In this document: positions 45,394 to 55,588 of the stretch, piece after piece | How positions within the stretch are numbered: position 1 is the stretch's first letter | Layout: each line of letters opens with the position of its first letter | From: a virus | Lineage: Duplodnaviria; Heunggongvirae; Uroviricota; Caudoviricetes | IMG/VR virus record: IMGVR_UViG_3300031420_000496 | Span: 5,472 to 69,471 of that record | Length of the DNA: 64,000 nt | Reading direction: 5' to 3' (one strand) | Made by a program: the position numbers and the translations under genes | The notes under the pieces: generated by a model | Told to the model about the DNA's origin: nothing | The model's input: the letters and a program-made list of their open reading frames with translations, nothing else | Databases searched by the model: none

Positions 45394-45602
45394 TATGCTT
45401 GGTGTTCTATAACGTTCCTATGTAAAGTGAACCAATCATCGACACAATGCTTGAGTTGCTTTATGGAACCGGGTTCTTCAATATGGTCCATCACCTCCAC
45501 AACGCGTGCGGCAGCAGCTTTCTCTTTTCGCATCGCGTCTCGCCTGGCGGCGTAAACGGAGAAGTCATACAGTTTCACGGTCCCCTCCTTGTTGGTTGAC
45601 AA
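45393..45602 (-). CDS. hypothetical protein
   Basis: 69-aa ORF. Confidence 0.35.
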   Translation of the reverse strand: MSTNKEGTVKLYDFSVYAARRDAMRKEKAAAARVVEVMDHIEEPGSIKQLKHCVDDWFTLHRNVIEHQA

Positions 45603-45608
45603 GGATAT

Positions 45609-45857
45609 TTATGGTGCCGGATCGTCAGTCTCAGGATTTTCTGGAGGTGTTGGTTCTGGTTCAACGAACTCGCGGATGAGGTGATCGCCTTCAATGACTT
45701 CACCACTGCCGGCTCGCATCAGCTGAACGCGTTGCATGATGATCTGTTCAGCTTGTTGGCGGATATGCTCTGGTTCGTTATTGAAGACCGCCATCGCTCG
45801 CATAATCTGGTATGCTGCTTTCTGCGTCATTTCGTTGTACTGCTTTGCGGTTTTCAT
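45609..45857 (-). CDS. hypothetical protein
   Basis: 82-aa ORF. Confidence 0.4.
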   Translation of the reverse strand: MKTAKQYNEMTQKAAYQIMRAMAVFNNEPEHIRQQAEQIIMQRVQLMRAGSGEVIEGDHLIREFVEPEPTPPENPETDDPAP

Positions 45858-46143
45858 GTTGTTTCTGCTCTTTGTGTTGACGTTTCAATGCAGCACGTTG
45901 CTGCCTCTTCAACTTCTTTGCTTTCTTGGCTTTTGCTAGAACGTAGGCGTTGAATCCGCGGCGAACCAGGTAGCTGCGGATAATGTGGAGGATCAGCAGT
46001 ACTGACGAGAAGAAAATGTTCTGTGAGAACTGCTGGTCAGGGAAGATGAACAGTTGTGCCGCGACGGTGAGAAAGAAGCCGATCACATTACTTACGAGGG
46101 ATTCTACTAGAGACGCGATTCTTGTTTGGCTGTGGTGTTTCAT
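45778..46143 (-). CDS. small membrane protein with basic tail
   Basis: two hydrophobic helices then KAKKAKKLKRQQR. Confidence 0.4.
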   Translation of the reverse strand: MKHHSQTRIASLVESLVSNVIGFFLTVAAQLFIFPDQQFSQNIFFSSVLLILHIIRSYLVRRGFNAYVLAKAKKAKKLKRQQRAALKRQHKEQKQHENRKAVQRNDAESSIPDYASDGGLQ

Positions 46144-46363
46144 CTGGCTTCTCGTAAAATATGTCCATCTTGTAGATTGTAGTGCCGTATGAATATTTAC
46201 CGTAGAAGCGTTTATCCGCTGTAGCCCACACCTTGTATTGGTCATCAACCTCGGACAACTCAAATGAGTATCCAGCATCACGGTGTTTCTTCTGGTTCAT
46301 CTTTTTGATGATGGCCAACGCATGCGGCAAGCTGATGAGCCAAGACAGGTGTGGCTTCTTCAT
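46088..46363 (-). CDS. hypothetical protein
   Basis: 91-aa ORF overlapping previous by ~55 nt; exact start unclear. Confidence 0.35.
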   Translation of the reverse strand: MKKPHLSWLISLPHALAIIKKMNQKKHRDAGYSFELSEVDDQYKVWATADKRFYGKYSYGTTIYKMDIFYEKPDETPQPNKNRVSSRIPRK

Positions 46364-47713
46364 TTAGATTTCCACCAGCTTGTCGTCGCGGATACGTTCG
46401 AACGTGCAGAAGCGCAGCGATGCGACGGCCTTGCTCTTCGAGCGCGTGACGTCTTGATACTTGATGACGACAGTTGCCTTCAGCCATTTTTCCGGATTGG
46501 CTTTCATGTCGGCACGATCGTCGTCGCTGAAGCCGGAACCGACGTTGAACTCGACGCGTTCGCCGGATTCGAGGAATGCCACGCAGTTGACACCGCCGAC
46601 GGTATCGGCCAGACGGGTCTTCGGACGACCAGCGTAGAAGCCTACGATGCGGGCGTCGACGTCGTAGAAGCGTTTCACTTTGCACCATGCAAACGAACGG
46701 TCCCAGGTGTAGACGGCCTGCAGTTCTTTCAGGATCAGACCTTCTTGCTTCAGGTCATCGATGACGTGATTGCAGCGAGCGGTCATCTCGGCGTAGTTGT
46801 TGACGATCGCGCTGTCGGTCAGAATGACTTTCGGTTCGACTTGAACAGCTTCGCCCAGTGCGTCTTGATCGAGGTTCAGCTTGGCGCGGACTTGCGGCAG
46901 CAGTTCTTCGAGTGCCAGACGATTGGCTTCCATCGTGATGTCGGTCTTCTGCGCGATCCAGTGCGTCAGTGGCATCATGAAGAAGCAGTGCAGCTTCAGG
47001 TTGGCTTTCGCTTTGTCGTTGCCGGTCTTCTTGGCGTTGATGGTTTCGGTGAAGTCCGATGCGAACGATTCGCCGTCCATCACGAAGTCGTAGCCTACGA
47101 TGTTGCGGATCAGCAGCAGTTCAGCGTCGAACAGGCCGGCAAGGTGATCCATCTCTTTGCCGGAGCGTGCACGATATTCGACCGGACGGCCGAGGCGGAC
47201 GAGCGCGATGGTACGTTGGCCGTCGTACTTGACGTCGGCGAGACACGGGAACGTGACGTTCTTTTCGAAGTCGTCAGTGTCTTCGCACTTGTCGGCGAGC
47301 ATGACTTCGAACGTTGGGATGGTCTCGTCGTCTTTCCATACCTTGTTGAAGGTATCGGCAGAGAAGCCGGCGCGCGGGTCTTTGTCGATCACGCGTTCGA
47401 TGTATGCTGCGGTTTCTTCGGTGAAGTTCGACAGTGCTTGGGAAACTGCACCACGTGCTGCGTCGCCAGTCAGATTGCGGTCGGCCAGGTCGTCGAGCAA
47501 TTGGAACAGCGGGGAAATATCGGCGGGGTCTTGCTGCGCGTAGCTTGCAGGACGATCGAACTTCTTGACGCCGAAGACTTTATACGGGTCCATGGCATAG
47601 CGCATCAGCGCGCGGCCTGTCGGATCGAGTTTCGCCAGCGCAGCTTGGATTGCTTTCTTGGTGCCAGCACCATTCGCGGCTTCGGCTTCTTTGAGGACTT
47701 CTACAAAATTCAT
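46364..47713 (-). CDS. ATP-dependent DNA ligase
   Basis: motif I KYDGQR (ADVKYDGQRTIA), 449 aa. Confidence 0.85.
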   Translation of the reverse strand: MNFVEVLKEAEAANGAGTKKAIQAALAKLDPTGRALMRYAMDPYKVFGVKKFDRPASYAQQDPADISPLFQLLDDLADRNLTGDAARGAVSQALSNFTEETAAYIERVIDKDPRAGFSADTFNKVWKDDETIPTFEVMLADKCEDTDDFEKNVTFPCLADVKYDGQRTIALVRLGRPVEYRARSGKEMDHLAGLFDAELLLIRNIVGYDFVMDGESFASDFTETINAKKTGNDKAKANLKLHCFFMMPLTHWIAQKTDITMEANRLALEELLPQVRAKLNLDQDALGEAVQVEPKVILTDSAIVNNYAEMTARCNHVIDDLKQEGLILKELQAVYTWDRSFAWCKVKRFYDVDARIVGFYAGRPKTRLADTVGGVNCVAFLESGERVEFNVGSGFSDDDRADMKANPEKWLKATVVIKYQDVTRSKSKAVASLRFCTFERIRDDKLVEI

Positions 47714-47748
47714 GGGTTCTCCGGTTTGGTTAGGGGTCTATTGTATCA

Positions 47749-47898
47749 CGAATCATCTTGAGCCGAATAAACACTGAACTAAAAGATTCGATGTTGGGTA
47801 TCTTTTCAGATGCTCGCATGAACGGTTGTGCGTGCGTATGGGTGTTGATGCAATGATTACAATCAGTATCAAAACAACGAGTGCGGCGATCCATCTCA
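47749..47898 (-). CDS. small membrane protein (49 aa)
   Basis: MRWIAALVVLILIVIIAS..; RBS AAGGAA inside the conserved motif. Confidence 0.3.
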
Positions 47899-47902
47899 TG
47901 GC

Positions 47903-47938
47903 AATTCCTTATTTGTCAGCTAATGCCTATATTTCTGC
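47903..47938 (-). promoter_or_regulatory. conserved ~33-bp promoter/leader-like motif (copy 2)
   Basis: TTCCTTATTTGTCAGCTAATGCCTATATTTCT. Confidence 0.45.
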
Positions 47939-48035
47939 TTCGTGTTGAAGATGACGCCTTGATCGACGTAAATATCCCAGCAGTCTACCACAAAAGGAAA
48001 CGCAATGAAAAAGAAAATTACAGTCGGAGAACGTC

Positions 48036-48485
48036 TTGAGTAAAAAGAAAATTCCCACACTGGTTGTCGAGTATGCATGCGACTCAGGCAACTTTTGCTA
48101 CTTGTCGGTTTTGGAGTATAGGAAAGAGAACTATCTCGTGATCGTGGATAACATCACGGAAGATTCGGTCGGCGCGTATGTGCTTGACTTTGCGCAACAG
48201 GAAGGGATTGACTTACAGCAATTGATTACTGTTGTTACAGCTTGGTTCTATCGTGGATCGTACACGTATCCGCTGTCGTTCGAATTCTCGCGACTCGGTA
48301 TGGCAATGCACACGAACCGCATCTACAAAAACTTCGAACTGGCTCACGTGACAAGGCTAATCGGAAATGACTTTAAGTACAACCTTGCAGCTGCACCTAA
48401 AGTCAAACGTCGTCGCGTCAGCATGATTCCGGCGGGTGTGGAGGTTACGCTCCGTCGAAAGCCCGCCGTCACTTTATCTGAATGA
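48036..48485 (+). CDS. hypothetical protein (plus strand)
   Basis: 149-aa ORF on opposite strand after a 320-bp intergenic gap. Confidence 0.5.
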   Translation: MSKKKIPTLVVEYACDSGNFCYLSVLEYRKENYLVIVDNITEDSVGAYVLDFAQQEGIDLQQLITVVTAWFYRGSYTYPLSFEFSRLGMAMHTNRIYKNFELAHVTRLIGNDFKYNLAAAPKVKRRRVSMIPAGVEVTLRRKPAVTLSE

Positions 48486-48732
48486 TCGCCCGCGTGATCG
48501 CTTGATGGGCTCGGCCGATTGCGCGATCCGTTGCAGACGTCCACTTCGTGGAGTTGTGATCGATCGCAGCATTCAGCTCTCGCTCAGCAACCTGCAGCTC
48601 GCAGATCGCGTTTTGTGATCCGTTGCTGACCGGCAACTTTTTTGCCATTGCCAAGGCCAGCCGGGCTTTTTCGTTACCCTCTTCAGCAAGCTGCTCGAGG
48701 GTAACGCGGTAGATGTCTTCGACACTCGTCAT
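48469..48732 (-). CDS. hypothetical protein
   Basis: 87-aa ORF. Confidence 0.45.
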   Translation of the reverse strand: MTSVEDIYRVTLEQLAEEGNEKARLALAMAKKLPVSNGSQNAICELQVAERELNAAIDHNSTKWTSATDRAIGRAHQAITRAIIQIK

Positions 48733-48744
48733 CTGGTTTTCCGA

Positions 48745-49368
48745 TTAGGCCGCAGCGACTTCTTCAGTTGCGGCCGGTGCGACTTCAGCCGGGGTTTCGA
48801 CGACCGGTTCAGCAGCCGGGGTTTCGGTCGGTGCTTCAGCCGGAACAGCCGGGGTCGGAGGAGTCGGTTCGCCAGCAGCAGCTTGCTTAGCGCGCGGGCG
48901 CTTCGGCAGGACGGTGCCAGCTTCGCGCATGCGGACAGCGTACCAGCGCAGGCAGCCGACGGTGGTCTTGGCAGCCGGGAACTGTTCCTTGACCGTAGCC
49001 ACGATTTCTTCGTAGCTCAGACCTTCGCCGTTTTCGGCGACCTTGACCAGCAGGGCTTCAGCGACCGAGCGGATCGAGATTTTCGGTTCCTTCGGAGCTT
49101 TCGGCTCTTTCGGGGTCTTGGCTTTCTTCGGAGCTTTTTCAGCGGCCGGTGCTTCGACGACCGGAGCGACGCGCTTGGTGCCGTCGGCTTCGAAGAAGCT
49201 GTTCAGGTCGACCTTCTGGGCATCGGCCAGCTTGGTGATGCGCTCGACGGCTTTCGAACGCTGCGAGAAGGTCTTCAGCGTAGCGCTGCCGCCGAGTTCG
49301 TTCACCATCGAGACGAGCACGTTCAGTTTCAGGGTGTTCAGGTTCAGGGCGTTGGTTGCGTTGGTCAT
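48745..49368 (-). CDS. hypothetical protein with KEPKAPKEPK repeats and Pro/Ala/Glu-rich tail
   Basis: low-complexity basic repeats. Confidence 0.5.
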   Translation of the reverse strand: MTNATNALNLNTLKLNVLVSMVNELGGSATLKTFSQRSKAVERITKLADAQKVDLNSFFEADGTKRVAPVVEAPAAEKAPKKAKTPKEPKAPKEPKISIRSVAEALLVKVAENGEGLSYEEIVATVKEQFPAAKTTVGCLRWYAVRMREAGTVLPKRPRAKQAAAGEPTPPTPAVPAEAPTETPAAEPVVETPAEVAPAATEEVAAA

Positions 49369-49465
49369 TTCGTTTCTCCTTTAGTTTAGCGGCGTTTGCC
49401 GGTCAGTGAAATCATTATACCCCTAACCACTAAACCTGTACACTGCTAATGGAACTTTTTTCGAA

Positions 49466-50506
49466 TTATTTTACTTCGATGTTGTACAGCTCAAACAGCA
49501 CGTCTTGCAGCCATGCTTCGGCTTCTGCTTGAAGTTCCGGCGTCTTCTTGCGCATCGTCGATGACTTGATCTTGTCTTGCACTTCGTCGTCGAGTGCCAT
49601 CAGCAAACGTTTCACTTGCTCGAGGTCTTCTTTACCTTGCTTGACGCGCAGCAAGAATTCCGCGTTCGGACGTGGGAACGTGATGCGGCCGGTGTCGAGC
49701 AGTTCGATTGCTTGCTGATACACGCGCACAGCATGCGACAGCGACTTGAAGTCGACGTCAGTTTCAGCAGCGGCATTCGTACGATCGCCGAACTTGTCGA
49801 TCACCTTCACGACCTGGTTACGCAGATGCTCGAGCGTCGTCGATGCCAGGTAATTGCGGCCGTTCAGCTTGAGGCTGTCTTGCGGCGTCTTGCCATTGGT
49901 CATCACTTCCGTTTCGAGATTCGCATTGCGAGCGATCCAGTCCAGAACGGTTTCAGCCGCGTTCAGCTGATCGGACAGACGCGACTCGGCGCCGACGATG
50001 CCGATTGCTTTGTCGACGGTTTCCAGGACGTAACGTGCCGAGTTCAGACGTTCACCACGACGAACGTAGTCGAACGTTTGCTTCATCGCGAAGCCAACCA
50101 TCGAATAGACTTCGGCGTTTGCGAACTTCTCGATCATGTCGCGAACCATCTCTCGCGAATAGTTCAGCGGACCGCTCGTCTGGTCGGCGAAAGCGAAAGC
50201 CATCTCGAGTGCGTACGTCTGGCCGTTGACGAAGTCGCGAACGAACGTCTGCAGCGGGAAGTACTCGGTCTCGACACCGTTGTCCGGCATCGTGAAGCCA
50301 TCGCCGATGCGATTGCCTTCCGCGTCGAAACGCTCTTTGAAGATCGTCAGCTTCTTGCCGAGCAGCATGTCGGAAAGCGACGGAAGGTAAACAACCTTTT
50401 CGTCGGTGTCGGATGTGGGTGTATTCGTGCCGTACAGCTTCGAGCCGTACGTCACCATGAACATATCTTTTTTCATTGGTTCTCTCTTTTGTGTTCTTCC
50501 AGCCAT
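49466..50506 (-). CDS. Pol-beta-superfamily nucleotidyltransferase (MNT/CD-NTase-like)
   Basis: GSKLYGTNTPTSDTDE = GS-x9-DxD signature. Confidence 0.6.
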   Translation of the reverse strand: MAGRTQKREPMKKDMFMVTYGSKLYGTNTPTSDTDEKVVYLPSLSDMLLGKKLTIFKERFDAEGNRIGDGFTMPDNGVETEYFPLQTFVRDFVNGQTYALEMAFAFADQTSGPLNYSREMVRDMIEKFANAEVYSMVGFAMKQTFDYVRRGERLNSARYVLETVDKAIGIVGAESRLSDQLNAAETVLDWIARNANLETEVMTNGKTPQDSLKLNGRNYLASTTLEHLRNQVVKVIDKFGDRTNAAAETDVDFKSLSHAVRVYQQAIELLDTGRITFPRPNAEFLLRVKQGKEDLEQVKRLLMALDDEVQDKIKSSTMRKKTPELQAEAEAWLQDVLFELYNIEVK

Positions 50507-50764
50507 TCGTCGAAGTTCATTGGCTCACCTTCTCCGCCGGCTTCGAGATAGCACATGTACAGATGGTCCAGATAATCTGGGTCCATCAGATCGTCTTCTT
50601 CGGTCATAACTGCAGCCACGGATTATCCGGATCGCTGTTACCGCCTTTGCCGGAACAGCTGCTGTAGCTCGCGCTGTCGCCGAGCAAATACAGTCCGAAG
50701 AAAAGTGTCAGCAGGGCCATGAAGGCCCCGATGATCCAAAGCAGTGTTTCTGCTTCAGCGTCGC

Positions 50765-51271
50765 TCATGCCAGTTCCACCTCTTCAACTTCGTAGTCATA
50801 ATCGGTTTGGCTCAGATAACGGCCAATGCATTCAACAGTATCCGCTTCTTCTTGCGTCAAGCCAGCTTTCACCAGCATCTGACGTGTCACGGCAACAGCG
50901 CGCTGTTCCCACTCGTTGTACACAACAGAAAATTCTTCTGCGTGTTGACGTGCTATTGCACGCACGCGTTCTTCTTCAGCTTGGAACGTTGCGAGAATTT
51001 CTGGATCGGCATTCTTTTTGCTGCCCCACTTCGGTTTCCATTTTGGGAGACTTACACCCAGCACTGGTGCTTGCGGGCTTGGATTCTCTTTTTCCCACGC
51101 AATGTATTCAGCACGAACTTTGTGCTGCACTTCGTTCTTGCGTTCTTGCGTCGTCTGCAGATTGAACCGCAGAGTTTCTGCGTCGATGTAATTCGTGAAC
51201 GCTTTGACATTGCGAACGTGCGCGCTGTCGTAGTCGATTTCTGATTCCACTACAAGAAAGATTACCGCCAT
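50765..51271 (-). CDS. hypothetical protein
   Basis: 168-aa ORF. Confidence 0.5.
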   Translation of the reverse strand: MAVIFLVVESEIDYDSAHVRNVKAFTNYIDAETLRFNLQTTQERKNEVQHKVRAEYIAWEKENPSPQAPVLGVSLPKWKPKWGSKKNADPEILATFQAEEERVRAIARQHAEEFSVVYNEWEQRAVAVTRQMLVKAGLTQEEADTVECIGRYLSQTDYDYEVEEVELA

Positions 51272-51546
51272 GATTATTCCTCTCCGTCTTCGTCGTTCTG
51301 CATCAGGCGAGCGAAGTTACGTTCCATCTGATCCAGCGGTGCGTTAATAAGATTTCCAAAACCGTCGTCGATGAAAACGATGTTCGGCATATGCAGGTGA
51401 TCGGTAATCATTTTGTTCTCCGTAAGTCGATGAGAAGATTATATCCCAGCGATTTACGAATGCACACAACTTTATAAACGACAGACATATTGTACCATTG
51501 CTAATATTTTGTAACAGTAAATAAACAAGTTGAACGGACTGGACTT

Positions 51547-52143
51547 ATGAAGAAATATCACATACTATACAAGACGACATGCTTAACAACCGGCAAGTTC
51601 TATTATGGTCGACATTCAACCAACAATAAGAATGACAAGTATTTGGGAAGCGGTAAGATTATTTTGTTGTCCATAAAGAAATATGGTTCAAGCAATCATG
51701 CACGAGAAATACTGGAAGAATGTGAAAGCCTCGAAGAGTTGGTCAAACGCGAAGAAGAATTCATCACGCCAGAAATGTTAGCTGATCCAAACTGTATGAA
51801 CTTGAAACCAGGTGGTGAAGGCGGAAAAGGTTTAGTATGGACTGAAGAGGCAAAGACTAAACTTTCTAATACAGTCACTGGCAGAAAGAAAACACCAGAG
51901 CACGCCGAGAAACTTCGACAATCGAATATAGGTAAAAATCTTGGAAAGAAACCAAGCGCTGAAACATTGGCATTATATTCATCTCAGCGCAAAGGTGTTC
52001 CGAAATCTGCCGAGCATAATCGTAAAAACTCTGAAGCGTTGAAAGCTGCTTGGGTACGCCGTAAGGCTAAAGCCGCCCTTGCTCAATCAGATGAAGCTGA
52101 AGAAGAACAACATACGAATACGCCAGTGCGTGTGATTTCTTGA
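51547..52143 (+). mobile_element. GIY-YIG homing endonuclease gene (plus strand)
   Basis: KYHILYKTTC..GKFYYGRHST GIY-YIG core, basic C-terminal DNA-binding region; 3' end overlaps minus-strand pol fragment. Confidence 0.8.
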
Positions 52144-52642
52144 ACGCATAGCCAGTCTCGTCTTTTGCGAACAGAATTTTGCGGGCGGACTCTCGGTCCT
52201 TCTTGTAAAGCGGAATGAACATTCGCTTTGCTGGGCGGATCAATGCCATGACATCGGCAAGTTCCATAATCGACTTCGGCTTCAGTGCACTGAGCAGATC
52301 GCCATGCTTGCCGAGCTGAAAGATTTTCTCTTGAGCGGACGGCACTTGGAGCAACGACCAATCAGGTTCTTTCTTCAGCAGCTCTTCAATCTCAGCACGC
52401 GAGTTGAAGTGTTTGTAAACAGACAGATTCAGGAAGTCGACTTTCAAGTATCCGAAATCCTCGGCTTGATCGTACGGAATCGCCGCCAACCCAGTGACCG
52501 GATCAGTTGCGATCTTTTGCGGATAGACACCGCACGGGTGTGGCGACAGCTTGCCGTCTTTCAGAATCATGGCACGTGGCCAGGTCGGAAATACTTTTGC
52601 TGGGTCAAACCTCGTTTTGTCCGTGTCGATGTCGACGTCCAT
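52067..52642 (-). CDS. DnaE-like (C-family polymerase) palm fragment
   Basis: MDVDIDTD ~ PDFDVDF, KVDFLNL ~ KMDFLGL (D555), GYAFKKSHALAYSYVVLLQLHLIE ~ [24 protein letters not shown]. Confidence 0.6.
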   Translation of the reverse strand: MDVDIDTDKTRFDPAKVFPTWPRAMILKDGKLSPHPCGVYPQKIATDPVTGLAAIPYDQAEDFGYLKVDFLNLSVYKHFNSRAEIEELLKKEPDWSLLQVPSAQEKIFQLGKHGDLLSALKPKSIMELADVMALIRPAKRMFIPLYKKDRESARKILFAKDETGYAFKKSHALAYSYVVLLQLHLIEQGRL

Positions 52643-52878
52643 TACTTATCTTCGTCCTTCTTCTTTTTCTTTGCCTGCTCGACCTTGACCAACATGACAA
52701 TCTGCGGAACAGCTTCTTGCCATCGCGCTGTCAAGGTCGGGTCATCACTTTCGCAAAAGCGAACATCGAACCAACCACGCTTCACGGCGTAGTCGTTCAG
52801 AATAACAGTGTTGAAAACCTTGGAATAGAATCGCTTGGCATCATCGCCCATCGACTCAAATAGTTTGCGGCCAGTCAT
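52642..52878 (-). CDS. hypothetical protein
   Basis: ORF from MTGRKLFESMGDD; stop overlaps next start (TAATG). Confidence 0.35.
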   Translation of the reverse strand: MTGRKLFESMGDDAKRFYSKVFNTVILNDYAVKRGWFDVRFCESDDPTLTARWQEAVPQIVMLVKVEQAKKKKKDEDK

Positions 52879-53633
52879 AGGTCGAGTTCCTTGCATGCCT
52901 TCGAGAACTCTGTGAACAACGCAATGTTCTCTGGGCTCTGCTGAATGCGCATAATCATTGCGCCAACCTGCACGCCACCTTCCAATCGGTTTGCTTCCAT
53001 TTCTTCCCGGCTCTTCATGTACGTACGGAACGCAGTAGAAGAAACCAGAAACCACGGAGACAGTTTTCGTTTTTGCACTAGATCAAGAATCTTCGTAACA
53101 CCGATCTGCTCGAAGACTTGATTTGGCTCGCACTCGTATTCCTTCGCATACTCCATTACAAGATCGAGCGAATTGACGAACTGCGTGGTAGGGCTTACGA
53201 TCTTATCATAACCCTGGAGGTACATTGCATAAACATTATCACGGCACCACAGCACTGGTTGAACGTTGCCGTTCTCAACCATGGCTTTGACGAAGCCATC
53301 TGGGTTAGGCATGTTGACGCGCTTCACGTGGTTTGCAAACTTGATGAAGGCGTTGTAAAGGATTGATGATGCGAACGTTTCCATTGGCGGAACAGACCGC
53401 TTGTTCAGACGCATCCACGCACTGTAGTATGCGTACGCTGCTTGACCTACTGGGCCACGCAGCTCGTCGATGCGTTCACGTTCACGGCAACGATGCTTCA
53501 TGAACGTGCGTTCGCTTGCGAAATCGTGAGAACAAAACTCACAAGTCCACTTCACCTTTCGTAATGGTGTTTCTTCTTGGACAGCGTTATTTCTTCTTGA
53601 CGCTGCTTGGTTTCTTAGGGCTTCCCGATCCAT
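52875..53633 (-). CDS. C2H2 zinc-finger protein
   Basis: KVKWTCEFCSHDFASERTFMKHRC. Confidence 0.5.
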   Translation of the reverse strand: MDREALRNQAASRRNNAVQEETPLRKVKWTCEFCSHDFASERTFMKHRCRERERIDELRGPVGQAAYAYYSAWMRLNKRSVPPMETFASSILYNAFIKFANHVKRVNMPNPDGFVKAMVENGNVQPVLWCRDNVYAMYLQGYDKIVSPTTQFVNSLDLVMEYAKEYECEPNQVFEQIGVTKILDLVQKRKLSPWFLVSSTAFRTYMKSREEMEANRLEGGVQVGAMIMRIQQSPENIALFTEFSKACKELDL

Positions 53634-54081
53634 CGCCGACCTCTTTTTTTAGCTTAGCTAGCTCTTCTTTATCCCACCCACATTCCTCTGCCATGGCGAG
53701 AATATCTTCTGCATCGATAGCGTCAGCATAACCAACTGCTTCGCGTGTCGAGATGTCGTAGTATTGTTTGATCGCTTCCAGCCGTAACTTCGTCACAGCC
53801 TTCATACCCGGCGCTTTGATCCACGAGTAACGTTTGGACTTGCCAGTCGCTGCCGCAGCCAAAAGCGAGAACAACAGACCTTTCTCCGAACCCAGCGAGA
53901 AGAGGTATGGGTTGACGAAGGTATTTATCCGGATGAGCTGTGCTTGGTCATTTGTGCCAGTCATCCACCGTGCGATGACGAATGGTGCAGCAGCTTTCTT
54001 GTCTTCGTCAGACAGGTTCGCGTACCATTGCAGGTCACGTTTCGACAGGTCAGACAAACCCTGGAACAAATCAAAACTCAT
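53587..54081 (-). CDS. hypothetical protein
   Basis: 164-aa ORF with Lys-rich tail. Confidence 0.45.
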   Translation of the reverse strand: MSFDLFQGLSDLSKRDLQWYANLSDEDKKAAAPFVIARWMTGTNDQAQLIRINTFVNPYLFSLGSEKGLLFSLLAAAATGKSKRYSWIKAPGMKAVTKLRLEAIKQYYDISTREAVGYADAIDAEDILAMAEECGWDKEELAKLKKEVGDGSGSPKKPSSVKKK

Positions 54082-54305
54082 ACGATACGAACCTTGTAGG
54101 TGGTAGGTGTTACTTCGAATTTAGATATTTTAACCTTGTATCCGGAGAACATCAGGTAATTTCCGTAAACGGGACCGGCCGCTTCGTCGACGACCCCTTC
54201 GGCATCTACGAACTGCATGAGCGCGTCATACACTTTTGTTGGGAGTCTGATGGCATGAATTGTTCCATCAGGAAATGATGCTGTGTACATAGTTTCTCTC
54301 TTCAA
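54078..54305 (-). CDS. hypothetical protein
   Basis: 75-aa ORF. Confidence 0.4.
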   Translation of the reverse strand: MKRETMYTASFPDGTIHAIRLPTKVYDALMQFVDAEGVVDEAAGPVYGNYLMFSGYKVKISKFEVTPTTYKVRIV

Positions 54306-54416
54306 TTTTTTGGCAGTGTGGACAATGGCGTCTTGTCACCAGCGGCGAGTTGAACCGTTTGCTGAAGGGTGCGCACCAAGGTGTCCACTCGTGGAAACCG
54401 AGACGGCACCGCCAGT

Positions 54417-55328
54417 TCATACCAACGCGGCTATCTCGATGAAGAGCGCTGCGACTTGCAGTTCCGGGTCAGCGACGAATCCATGCTGGTATTGATATTG
54501 CGCGATGAGCACAACAGCTTCGTCTTGACGCTTCAGCTTCTTCATGCGGTGGAGGTTGTCGTACAAGAACCGGTACACGTCGACGAGTTCTTCGCGAGTG
54601 GCCGATGCGCAGACGACGTCGCGTGCTGCTTTGATTTCACCAGCTTCGATCAGCGGCAACAGTTCGAGCTTCCAGTCTTTCGCGGAGTCAGCACCTTTGA
54701 TGACGAGCTTACCGGTCTTGCTGGACTGTTCCATCAGCTGGATGACTTTGCGGAAGTCGGGATAACCAGCTGCAACAACTTTCTCGAGGTCATCGAGAGT
54801 GAATGCGATGTTCTCGGCTTCCAGAATCTCGGCAGCCTTGATGAGGACTTCGTCTTTCGATGGAGCTTTGAATTCAAACTCCTGGAATCGCGAGCGCAGC
54901 GGAGTCATGATGGTGTTGACGTAGTTGCATGTCGCAATGAAGCGGCACGAACTCGACGAGACTTCCATCAGGTCACGCAACAGCTTCTGCGCATCATGTC
55001 CGACACCGTCCAACTCTTCGAGACGAACAATCTTGAACTTGCCGACCGGCATCGTCATGGCGAAGGCTTTCACCTTGTCACGCATGGCTTCGATCTTCTC
55101 GTCCGAACAGTTGATCTTCAGAATGTCACTGCGATCGACGTTCAGGTCTTTGACCAGTGCGAGCGACAGTGAAGACTTGCCGGTACCAGGTCCACCGTAA
55201 AGCAGCAGGTTCGGAATCTCGCCTTCGGTCACATACTGCTGGAAGGTCTTGTAGTCGTGTTCATCAGTCGCGATGACCTGTGACACGGATTGCGGACGGT
55301 ATTTCTCAACCCAAACTTTTTTCAACAT
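54417..55328 (-). CDS. sliding-clamp loader AAA+ subunit (T4 gp44/RFC-small-like)
   Basis: WVEKYRP, Walker A LLLYGGPGTGKSS. Confidence 0.85.
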   Translation of the reverse strand: MLKKVWVEKYRPQSVSQVIATDEHDYKTFQQYVTEGEIPNLLLYGGPGTGKSSLSLALVKDLNVDRSDILKINCSDEKIEAMRDKVKAFAMTMPVGKFKIVRLEELDGVGHDAQKLLRDLMEVSSSSCRFIATCNYVNTIMTPLRSRFQEFEFKAPSKDEVLIKAAEILEAENIAFTLDDLEKVVAAGYPDFRKVIQLMEQSSKTGKLVIKGADSAKDWKLELLPLIEAGEIKAARDVVCASATREELVDVYRFLYDNLHRMKKLKRQDEAVVLIAQYQYQHGFVADPELQVAALFIEIAALV

Positions 55329-55564
55329 TAGTCGTTCTCTTCGTTAAGCCATTTACGTTGTTGGATTCTACGCGCAAGCACTTCTTCGCGTTCTCGTTGT
55401 TCCGCGGTCTTTCGTTTCGGCGGAACGCCTTGGTAATAGTCTTTCATTACGCGTGCGGCTTGTTCGACTTCTCGATCACCACAGCGCGATGCAGCGTCCA
55501 ACCAATCAAATAACATACTCATACTTTTCTCCGGTTGCAACAGTGCAAAGACATAACATGCCAT
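55328..55564 (-). CDS. hypothetical protein
   Basis: 78-aa ORF. Confidence 0.4.
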   Translation of the reverse strand: MACYVFALLQPEKSMSMLFDWLDAASRCGDREVEQAARVMKDYYQGVPPKRKTAEQREREEVLARRIQQRKWLNEEND

Positions 55565-55588
55565 AATACACTGTTTTCATAGACGGTT

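Noticed and set aside
20702-47761. Very long plus-strand ORFs (20702-22075, 22464-23570, 35008-36717, 37635-39365, 42141-43622, 46283-47761) antisense to annotated minus-strand genes
   Set aside because: They are exactly antisense to genes with clear domain signatures. They have low-complexity Arg/Ala/Val-rich translations typical of GC-rich shadow frames, and no RBS or start context.
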